From a virus, in IMG/VR virus record IMGVR_UViG_3300019757_000007, positions 1 through 64,000 of that record: a DNA stretch of 64,000 nt, one strand, 5' to 3'. The notes below the pieces were generated by a model. It saw nothing but the letters and a program-made list of their open reading frames with translations, searched no databases and was not told the DNA's origin. Of this stretch, positions 44,348 to 53,223 are shown piece after piece. Position 1 is the first letter of the stretch, and each line of letters starts with the position of its first letter. A program made the position numbers and the translations under genes.

Positions 44348-44518
44348 TTAGTAACCTTGATGGTAACCACTAGAATTACTTGAAGTACTTGAAGTACTTG
44401 GTTTATTCATAACAGCAATAACACCTGCAACTATAACTACCCCAATTACTATTTTAGAAATTAATTTCCACTTTTTATTTGCTCCAGTTATTTCACTGTA
44501 ATCTATATCATTTGCCAT
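44348..44518 (-). CDS. small single-pass membrane protein (56 aa, not in ORF track)
   Basis: MANDIDYSEITGANKKWKLISKIVIGVVIVAGVIAVMNKP...; GGAG RBS. Confidence 0.6.
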   Translation of the reverse strand: MANDIDYSEITGANKKWKLISKIVIGVVIVAGVIAVMNKPSTSSTSSNSSGYHQGY

Positions 44519-44521
44519 TTT

Positions 44522-45271
44522 TTATTCTCCTTCTATTTCTGCAATTTTACTTGCTGCATCAATCTCTGCTACTGCATTACAGTAATCAGTATCTATAGCG
44601 TCAAATGCTTCTAATGTTAACATTTCATTAACTTTAGAGTCTCCAGCCATTGTATTAAGTTTATCAGCAATATCTGCAAACTCATCTTTTAATTTATAAT
44701 CTTCTACCATATCTTCAAACGACTTATTATTTTTATAAACCATTTTAACATTCTTTGTAACTAAGTCAACTGCTTTCTTAGCTGCATCATACATAGTTTG
44801 TAAAGATTTATTAGTTTTTTCATTTTTAGAAGTTCCAAGTTTCATTTTAAGTTTAGAAAGATGTCCTTCCATTTCAACTAAACCAGCTTTCTTTTGCTCG
44901 TATACTTTATGTCTTTCTATAATTTGAAGCTTAAGATGTTCAATGGCATTATCTCTTGCTTCAGCAATTCTAACCTGAATCAATTTTCTTTTTATTTTAT
45001 CTTGGATAATAGGATCAGCATCTTTTAAAGCTTTGAATCCATATTTAGCTGCAATACCAAAACCAATTAAAGCAATAGCTGCTACAATTCCGCTTAAAAT
45101 ATTTATAAAAAACATTCCAGCTAGAAGTATTCCACCCACTAATAAACCACCACCAATAAGATGTTGTTTATTTATATTAAGAGGCTGCTTTTCAAATTCT
45201 TGAATAGCCTGATTCTCTTTACCAATATTCTCTTTCAATTGTCCAAATGACAATAAATTATTTTTCCCCAT
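44522..45271 (-). CDS. membrane protein with PspA-like coiled coil
   Basis: Two N-terminal TM helices followed by a long coiled coil. Confidence 0.6.
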   Translation of the reverse strand: MGKNNLLSFGQLKENIGKENQAIQEFEKQPLNINKQHLIGGGLLVGGILLAGMFFINILSGIVAAIALIGFGIAAKYGFKALKDADPIIQDKIKRKLIQVRIAEARDNAIEHLKLQIIERHKVYEQKKAGLVEMEGHLSKLKMKLGTSKNEKTNKSLQTMYDAAKKAVDLVTKNVKMVYKNNKSFEDMVEDYKLKDEFADIADKLNTMAGDSKVNEMLTLEAFDAIDTDYCNAVAEIDAASKIAEIEGE

Positions 45272-45373
45272 TTTTTCTCCATTTTAAATTTAATGTTTCT
45301 TCGTGTTAATTGAACGCATCGGCGTTCTACTTTGGCTTAATCGAAATGATTATCATCCCCCCAAATTATATTA

Positions 45374-45685
45374 TTATTTCTTTGTGGTTCTTTTGCCATC
45401 TTTCTTTCCTTTAGTATATTTTAACTTCTTTAAAATATCTGGATGTCGATCTAAATATTTAATAACATCTTCTTCATTGACTTCCTTCTCTTCAAGAGGA
45501 AAAAGTTTAAAGTAGGTTTTTATCATCAAAGCTGCTACAACAGAATGAGTCAAAATTATACCAAATGGTATTAAATTGTAGGTTAAAATCTTTTCGACTA
45601 AAGAAATAGTAGTTGGGGCTATAAAATAAAACCCTGTACTAAGTGTTAAAAAACTACCAATCTCAACACCATCATTTTTCCTCAT
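45374..45685 (-). CDS. small membrane protein (probable start MRKNDG at 45685)
   Basis: AGGAAG RBS before ATG 45685; two hydrophobic segments. Confidence 0.55.
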   Translation of the reverse strand: MRKNDGVEIGSFLTLSTGFYFIAPTTISLVEKILTYNLIPFGIILTHSVVAALMIKTYFKLFPLEEKEVNEEDVIKYLDRHPDILKKLKYTKGKKDGKRTTKK

Positions 45686-45746
45686 AACTTTCTTCCTTTC
45701 TAATAGAAGTAATAAAATAATATAACTTTTCAATTATATCATCTTA

Positions 45747-45790
45747 TCTGATTATAATATATCTATACTTTACATTACTTATTATAAAGC
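45747..45790 (-). promoter_or_regulatory. conserved 44-bp phage promoter motif, copy 4
   Basis: Same motif as 1455-1498. Confidence 0.8.
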
Positions 45791-45826
45791 TATCTTTAGC
45801 TAAAACTATCGACAGGAAATGAAGAG

Positions 45827-47524
45827 TTACGGATTATCCGTAACTCTTTCAAAGTTTAAAATTCTTAATGATAATTTTTCGCTTCCTCTAAATGTATCAA
45901 TATCTGGTTTAAAAGTAATATAGTACTCTTCTCCTTTAAGTGGTTCTTTATCATGGAAGAAAAATAACCCTTTAAAATTAAGCATACCTTTTGAATCAGT
46001 AATACTTAAAGTTTGGTGATTTTTTTGCTTTCCGATAATATTAAATGATTTAATTGTAGCTCTAGTAGTAAATGCTGGTCTTGGAAATTTTTCCCCGAAT
46101 GGTTCAAACTTCTGTAATCTATGATATAAATCAATATCGATAGTATTTATATCTACATATCCCATACTAGAAATTTTTGGTTTAAATTGGTCTTTTTCAA
46201 TAAGACTGGATTTATGGATTATCTTTTTATAGAATTCATCGAAATTATCTTTATGAACTCCAATACCTAATGCTACCTTATGTCCTCCAACATGATCAAT
46301 TAATGAATTAATATCGTCATCCCTAAACATACCAAGTATATTAATATCTCCAACCGATCTACCACTACCCGAATAGATTCCTGTTTCTTCATTAAGATTT
46401 AATACAATACAAGGTTTTTTATATTTCTCAGCTAATCTACCAGCAATAATACCAAGTACTCCTTTATATTCTTTATGGAAGTTTCCAGGAATACAAATGA
46501 AATTAAGATTATCTATCCCATTTACTTTCTTAGGGAGAAACTCCTTATATCTATACTCTACATAGTCTAATAATTTCTGTTGTCTTTCTTTTCTAGTATC
46601 ATTTATATTTCCTAGATATTCAAACCATTCTAAAGAAGCTTTATCATCTTCTTGTATTAAAAAATTAGCACCATCATCTGCTTTTGTAATTCTTTGGGTA
46701 GCATTAATTAATGGAGTAAATCCAAATGCTATATCTTCGGCAGTAGGCGAATCATTTTTAGTTTCTAGAAAAGTTTTAGCATACGCTCTTGGCGAGTTCT
46801 TTATTTTGCTATTTACTAAATAATCTTGGACGAAGAATCTGTTAAGATGTTTATTAACTGGCATAACATCAGATAAAGTAGTTAAAGCTAATTCTCCTAA
46901 AAATTCATGATACATATCAATATCTAACTTGTACTTTTCGGCTATTGCTTTAAATAAAAACCAACATACTACGCTTCCAGAAATATCTGGATAAGGAAAG
47001 TTACATCCAGGTTGATGTGGATCAACTACAGCTAACCCTTCTTTACTATTTGATAAAGGCCATATTTCTGGATCAATTTGGTGATGATCGTTAATAATAA
47101 CTTTAGCTCCAATAGAATGAGCTTGATCAATAGCCGCTTTAGCAGTAATACCATTATCAAAAGTAATATATAAATCAGCTGGAAATTTATCTACATGTAA
47201 TGGTAGAAATCCATAACCTTCTTTTCTATTAGTAATTGTCATATTTAAATTTGGATAATGAAAATATTTCTTAAAGAAAAACCAAGCGATAGTATATGTT
47301 CCTAGTCCATCCATATCACTATCATGTACTAAACATATTCTTTTATTTTGCGATACTGCTTCTACGAACATATCTACTGCTTTTTCCATATCTTTAAATT
47401 CTAAAGCATTTGGTATTTCTTCTATTGAAGATATCTGTTTTTCGATATTTAATTTCCCTTTTAAAATATCTTCTATTTCTTCTATGTTATTAAATTGTTT
47501 TAAATTTAAATATTCTGCATCCAT
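45827..47524 (-). CDS. recJ: single-stranded DNA exonuclease RecJ
   Basis: DSDMDG, EGYG, TFDNG, NDHH, SDVMP, GSGRS, GGH, EPFG; probable start MDAEY at 47524. Confidence 0.92.
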   Translation of the reverse strand: MDAEYLNLKQFNNIEEIEDILKGKLNIEKQISSIEEIPNALEFKDMEKAVDMFVEAVSQNKRICLVHDSDMDGLGTYTIAWFFFKKYFHYPNLNMTITNRKEGYGFLPLHVDKFPADLYITFDNGITAKAAIDQAHSIGAKVIINDHHQIDPEIWPLSNSKEGLAVVDPHQPGCNFPYPDISGSVVCWFLFKAIAEKYKLDIDMYHEFLGELALTTLSDVMPVNKHLNRFFVQDYLVNSKIKNSPRAYAKTFLETKNDSPTAEDIAFGFTPLINATQRITKADDGANFLIQEDDKASLEWFEYLGNINDTRKERQQKLLDYVEYRYKEFLPKKVNGIDNLNFICIPGNFHKEYKGVLGIIAGRLAEKYKKPCIVLNLNEETGIYSGSGRSVGDINILGMFRDDDINSLIDHVGGHKVALGIGVHKDNFDEFYKKIIHKSSLIEKDQFKPKISSMGYVDINTIDIDLYHRLQKFEPFGEKFPRPAFTTRATIKSFNIIGKQKNHQTLSITDSKGMLNFKGLFFFHDKEPLKGEEYYITFKPDIDTFRGSEKLSLRILNFERVTDNP

Positions 47525-47577
47525 ATTTTTCCCTTTTAATTTTATCCTTAATATATCTATTAGAACTAAGTCCAAGA

Positions 47578-47608
47578 TAGCTAAGAACTAGCTCACTACC
47601 TCCAGCTA
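47578..47608. repeat. AGCT-rich dispersed repeat
   Basis: TAGCTAAGAACTAGCTCACTACCTCCAGCTA. Confidence 0.75.
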
Positions 47609-47640
47609 TTCTAGTTTTTTATTTATCGGTACAATAAAAA

Positions 47641-47663
47641 AAATAAGACCGAAGTCTTATTTT
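47641..47663 (-). terminator. intrinsic terminator
   Basis: AAATAAGAC-TTCG-GTCTTATTT hairpin followed by a T-tract. Confidence 0.75.
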
Positions 47664-48630
47664 AATTATCAACTTCTATATGTTTTATTGTAAAGAATTT
47701 TTTATATATAAAAGTCTCTCTATTACTATATAATAAATAACCGAAGAATAAGTTACATACAAAATTTAACCAATCGATATTTTGATTAGCTATTGTATAC
47801 CAGGTATGATAAATAACTATTAATAAAATCCAATAATAAACAACTCTTCTATCATTTAACCATAAAAAATAAATAATTAAATCATAAGCGGCTATATAAT
47901 AGGCAGCTACTAAATCTTGAGATAATGTTTTCTTCTCTGATAAATTAGCAATATTATCTCCAAATATATCTGTAAATACTCCTAATCCAATTACAACATG
48001 ACTAATTACTAACCAAGCCAGAAAAAAATAGAATAGTGTATGTAGAGAAGGACTTCTATTATTTGGATTTAAAAATCTTTTTACTTTTTCTTTAAATGTC
48101 ATTTTCTACCTTTATCTTATTAAGGGTAAATATTTTTTTACTATATCTGGTACCCAATATGGAAATCTATTACATAATAATTCACCTACTTTAAAGTAGG
48201 TGAATTTCTCTGAACTTAAATCTGGATATTTTCTTTTTTCCATACAATCATGGGTAATATAATTATGGAAATCGGCACATTCTTTAAGTGTCCAATTACT
48301 AAAATCTATCGCTGGTTTAGTTAGATTATGATTTAGATAGTGAACATTAATCCAATCATTTAACTCTTTATAATTCTCATTAATAGTATCTTCATCTTTC
48401 AAATCTAATATCTCACAAATATAAGTAAGAATACAATAAAAATTATCATTAACAACTGCAATACTATGTTCTCCCGAACCACCACCAATTAATATTGTAT
48501 ATGATGAGGCGGTAGTTTCAGCCCCCATTCTAGTATCTTCTTGTTTTAAATAATAAGTTTCTATATTTAAAATACTAGGTAAAATATCATGGTCTAATGC
48601 ATCTATATAACTCATTTTTATCCTTTCATT

Positions 48631-48660
48631 TGCTGGCAGCTAGCTCACTATAGCCAGCTA
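48631..48660. repeat. AGCT-rich dispersed repeat
   Basis: GCTGGCAGCTAGCTCACTATAGCCAGCTA; supplies the TAG stop of ORF 48658-49161. Confidence 0.78.
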
Positions 48661-49157
48661 CTGTTTAAATAATTCCTGATCAGTTAAAGCTTCTTTATAA
48701 CTATCAGAACCATAATAAGAATCAACCTCAACTACTTCTATTGATATTTCCTCTTCGTCTTCATTTGCTTGTTTGTACTCTTCTATTAATTCTTGATCAA
48801 TTATTGTATAAGTAGTAGTATCTCCAAACTCAATAGTAGTAACAGCATATAATGTTACTGGTTGAACTTCTCTAAAATTATCTTCTTCTTTTAACCTATG
48901 GAAATATTCGATAGTACCTTTAAGAAGAGTTTCTTTATTTGGAATATTATAGGTACCAAATTCTTTTATAATAAGTTCTTCTGTAGCTAAAATACAATCC
49001 GTTAATTTACCATATTTATATTGGAACTTATCTTTTTTACCATTATTTGTAAAACCTAATCTTACTTCTACCTCATTTTCAGTACAAGCTGAAAGTTTAC
49101 CTACAAATAAACCACCTTCGTTTTTTAAAATAACAATATCGTTTTTTTTCATTTTTA

Positions 49158-49531
49158 TCATTTTTTTTCTCCTTTTTCATTTATAAAGCAACTTAATGCC
49201 CGACCTCTATATTCATTTATTCTTGTCATCATTGAAGATAAAGAATCAAAATTAATTTGATTTTCATTATCAATATTATTAGTATCTGTTATAGCATAAT
49301 GGTTTTCATTATAACAAGTTAAGAAAACAGAAGTTTCTACTAACCCAAAAATCCAACCATCTTCGTTACCATCATCTATCTCTATAAAATCAATTATATA
49401 ATAATCATCCCCTTCCGTAATAATTTGCTCAGAATAAAGTTTTTTTAATTCTTCTGGAACAACTAAGTTTTTATTACCAAACCAATTTTCTAAATTTTCT
49501 AGGGTGTTTTTATTTCAACTGTTAACGTCAT
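49158..49531 (-). pseudogene. frameshifted ORF (~124 aa), not in ORF track
   Basis: ATG 49531 overlaps the upstream stop. The frame breaks near an A5 run (49507-49511) and continues -1 for ~115 codons to a TGA overlapping the next ATG. Confidence 0.6.
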
Positions 49532-49844
49532 AATTTTTTTTCCTCATCTATTTTTTTTAGCAGAGCCTGATAATATTCAAGCATCATTTTTTCCATTTTT
49601 TCCGGTTCCTTTAATTTAAATTGACCTACTAAATCAATAAGTCTTTCTTCGCTAGCGACCTTAAAACATTGATTCAGAGCAATTTTTCTAGCAGATATAT
49701 CAGATGAATTAATTCCAATTTGAAGAATACTTTGTACTTCATTCTTCTCATATATTCTACCAAGGTAGAAACCTTCTGGTTGTAATAATATAGATATATC
49801 TCCAATATTAAGTAAATCTATTTCGTTTATTGTATTATTTATCA

Positions 49845-50784
49845 TTAACTTTCCTTTATTAATTTTCTACCGATGTACTTAAACTTACCTTCCAATAAAC
49901 CACAATTAATTTTTGTAGTTAATAGAAGTTCCTGTAACTGATTTAAATTTATTTTTACTTCAAAATGGTATGGATGTAAAAAGAATATTTGAGTACTATA
50001 AGTACCTTTAGATAATCTGAGAAATCTCCAACCCTCTAAAAACTTCTCTTCAAAAACTATTACCTCATCTCTTGCTGGATAAATAGCTTGTCGAGTATTA
50101 TAAAAATCGCTTAATTTTGGAGGTATTTCGCCTTTCACTACTTTACCAATTACAGCTGTTTTTATATTAGAACCGGTTGCCAATTTAGCTCTTAATAAAA
50201 ATTGATTACCTTTTAATTTTGGTAGATCATCTATTTTATAAGTATCTAATAACGATAACATACCTAACTTATCTGCTTGAATTAAATCATTACGAAACAT
50301 CTTTATTTCCTTCCGGTTCTCTTAATAAAGTTTTATTAGTATGTTTAAATTTACCTTGAAGAATCCCATTCTTAATTTGAATATTTTCCATTAATTCAGC
50401 AAAATTAGTATCTGAAATTTCAATATCAAAACCATAAGGATGTTGGATAATTACCCAAGTTCTACTACTTCCATATCTAAAACTTTTAAATTTCCAACCC
50501 GCAAAAAAATCTTCTTTATAAATTACCACTTCCTCTTTATTAGCTGGATAAGTAAGATCATTATTATATCTACGAAAATCTAAAAACTTTTTAGGTATTG
50601 TCCCATTTTTATTTAATCTTGTAATAATAACTTCTTTTCTACTATGTTGTGGTCTAGCACGATTTTCCAAATAATACAACTTTAATAAAAATTGATCTTC
50701 TTCTAAATCAGTTACCTCCGATAATTTTATGGTATCTAATAAAGATACCATACCTAATACTTGAGCACTTATTTGGGTTACCAT
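49845..50784 (-). CDS. two tandem paralogous hypothetical proteins (49845-50300, 50290-50784)
   Basis: Shared LGMxSLLDT, QFLL, YPA, GWxF, HPYxF and GKFK motifs. Confidence 0.75.
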
Positions 50785-50835
50785 ATTTTTTCCTTTTCTA
50801 ATTAAATAAAAATTAAGAGACTAAGCCTCTTAATT

Positions 50836-51663
50836 TTAAACATGCACTTTTAATTGATCACATAAAGCTTTTGCTTGAGATACAAACATAGACTCTTTAT
50901 ACTTCCCATTTTCAACTTGATGCACTAAGAACTCTAAGAACTCTATATACTTATTAAGGGTACCTTTTTTTATAAAGTATTCTTTACTTCCAAATAAGTT
51001 AAACCACTTATCGACCATTTTACAATACCAGAAATCTTCATTAAATGTATCGATATTATCTTTCATGAATTGGAATTCATCCATAGAACTCATTCCTTCT
51101 TCGATAGTACAATGACCAATTAATGAAGTTACTCTGTCTGTAATATATCTATTTTTAAATAGTTGTTCTAACTTAGCTTGGATCTGCTCTAGCGTAACGC
51201 TAGTATCTTCAATAACATCATGGCCAAGTAAAGCTACTGCAAGAACAACTCTATTGATAAAGGATAATTCATCTGAGTTATTATCTTCCATTACCATAAA
51301 GGCGCAAGCGATTGGATGACAATAATATGGAGTTCTCCCATCATGTCCTCTAACTGCATTTCTTGGACTTAACGATTTCTTCATATGGGCTTCAGATATG
51401 AATCCAGCAAAGTTTGCTAATTTATTTTGAAGATCATCAATTACAATTTCCCCTTCAATTAAATGAAATAGATCTAATTCTCTTACTTGAGCGTCTGGGT
51501 AATTGCAAATAAAATCATTGATATTTACATTATGTTCTTGTACTGTTTTAAGTACCTTGATTAAACCACCAGCTGCAATAATTGCTTTTTCATTTTTAGC
51601 TTTATTCAGTACATTTAAATTACTATTTTTTATTATATTTTCTATAATTTTATTGTCGAACAT
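50836..51663 (-). CDS. HD-domain hydrolase of RelA/SpoT-Mesh1 type (small alarmone hydrolase-like)
   Basis: RxxxxxTPYYCHP, ALLGHDVIEDT, KMVDKWFN. Confidence 0.78.
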   Translation of the reverse strand: MFDNKIIENIIKNSNLNVLNKAKNEKAIIAAGGLIKVLKTVQEHNVNINDFICNYPDAQVRELDLFHLIEGEIVIDDLQNKLANFAGFISEAHMKKSLSPRNAVRGHDGRTPYYCHPIACAFMVMEDNNSDELSFINRVVLAVALLGHDVIEDTSVTLEQIQAKLEQLFKNRYITDRVTSLIGHCTIEEGMSSMDEFQFMKDNIDTFNEDFWYCKMVDKWFNLFGSKEYFIKKGTLNKYIEFLEFLVHQVENGKYKESMFVSQAKALCDQLKVHV

Positions 51664-51727
51664 TTTCTTTCTCCGTTTTTAATTTAAAGTTTTTAAAGGG
51701 ATCGAAATCCCTTAAGTTGTTTAATGC

Positions 51728-52348
51728 TTACGCATCAACCTCAGTTGGTAATAATAACTCATCTAAGTTTCTACCACCTTTTGTCATATAACCAGCTAAT
51801 TCTTCTTTTGGAACTAATTGTTTAGCCATAATAAATTCAGCTAATTCTTCAGGAACTGAAGAAGCCATAGAAGATTTTAATACATGAGCTAAACCTTTAC
51901 CTCTAGCAACCTCACCAAGAAGTACTAAATTGTATCCCATTACTTCAACATTAAAACCTTCCGCTGTATGTAGGTTTCTTTGTATCTTTTCCATCTTTTC
52001 CATAGATACTTCAACTGCATATAAATGAGACGTTAATGTATTATTTGGTCCAGTAGGAAAGTTATGTGTACAAATCTCTTCTAATTTTTTAGGCTTAATT
52101 TTATAAGCTACTTCTTCCATAGCTTCTCTAATAACAGCTTGCGCTGCATTTTCACCTGCATCAACTTTACCACCAATAAAACCTAATCTACCATCTGATC
52201 TATTTACCATAAGAACTGCATTGTAAACTTTATCTCTTTGATCAGCTGGAACCGATTCTTTATTTTCCCAAGGCTTAATACCTTTTACATATACTGCTAC
52301 AAATGACGCGTTCGCCGATCCTACTGTTCCTGTTACTAATTTTTTCAT
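51728..52348 (-). CDS. Nudix hydrolase, NUDT16-like
   Basis: Nudix box GGKVDAGENAAQAVIREAMEEV preceded by RSDGRLGF; later EVMG. Confidence 0.85.
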   Translation of the reverse strand: MKKLVTGTVGSANASFVAVYVKGIKPWENKESVPADQRDKVYNAVLMVNRSDGRLGFIGGKVDAGENAAQAVIREAMEEVAYKIKPKKLEEICTHNFPTGPNNTLTSHLYAVEVSMEKMEKIQRNLHTAEGFNVEVMGYNLVLLGEVARGKGLAHVLKSSMASSVPEELAEFIMAKQLVPKEELAGYMTKGGRNLDELLLPTEVDA

Positions 52349-52414
52349 TTTCTTTCTCCGTTTTTAATTTAATTTAGAATAAAATTAATATAACTTTTCA
52401 ATTATATCATCCTA

Positions 52415-52458
52415 TCTGATTATAATATATCTATACTCTGTTGAACTTATTTTAAAGT
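52415..52458 (-). promoter_or_regulatory. conserved 44-bp phage promoter motif, copy 5, at the strand switch
   Basis: Same motif as 1455-1498. Confidence 0.8.
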
Positions 52459-52518
52459 AATTTTTAGGACCTTTTTATTAGTAAGGAACCAAACTCTATA
52501 AATAAAAAAGGAAATTCA

Positions 52519-53223
52519 ATGGGTAGGAAGAAAAAGAATATAATTGATGTTATTACAGACTTTAATAAAAAACATGGAAATTTTTATGATTATTCTTTAA
52601 TAGATTATAAGAATAGTAATAGTAAATTAAATATACTATGTCCAATACATGGATCTTTTTGGCAAACTTCTAATAATCATAGTCAGGGCCAAGGATGTCC
52701 TAAATGCCGTTCAAATAATAAAAAAACTTTAGCAGAAACCATTAACGATTTTAAAAAAGTTCATGGTAATAGATACGATTATTCTAAGGTTAATTATATA
52801 AATACTACTAAAAAAGTTGAGGTTATATGTAAAATAAAAAACCATAAATCATTTTTAGTTACTCCGAATAATCATAAAAAAGGAAGTGGGTGTCCATTAT
52901 GTAATAATAGTAAAGGAGAAACTTTAATTTTAACTTTTCTAGAAGATAATAATATTCTATTTAAAAAGGAATATACTTTTTCTAATCTTCCAAGAAAAAG
53001 ATTTGACTTCTTTCTAGAAGAATTAAATTTATGTATAGAATTTGATGGAAAACAACATTTTGAACCGATAGAACATTTTGGTGGAAAAGAAACATTTAAT
53101 TGGCTTAAAAGATCGGACAATCTTAAGAACCAATTTTGTAAAGATAATAATATTAAATTATTACGAATATCTTATTTAGAAATAAATAAAATTAAAGAAA
53201 TATTAAAAGGAAATATATGTTAG
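52519..53223 (+). mobile_element. free-standing homing endonuclease (Zn-finger repeats plus Vsr-like PD-(D/E)XK domain)
   Basis: Two HGNxYDYS...C..H.F....NNH..G.GCP.C repeats; SKGE; FDFF..LCIEFDGKQH. Confidence 0.8.

Noticed and set aside
52497-52504. TATAAATA as a T4-type late promoter (also at ~59503)
   Set aside because: Plausibly placed but expected often by chance at this AT content; no gp55-like sigma was seen.
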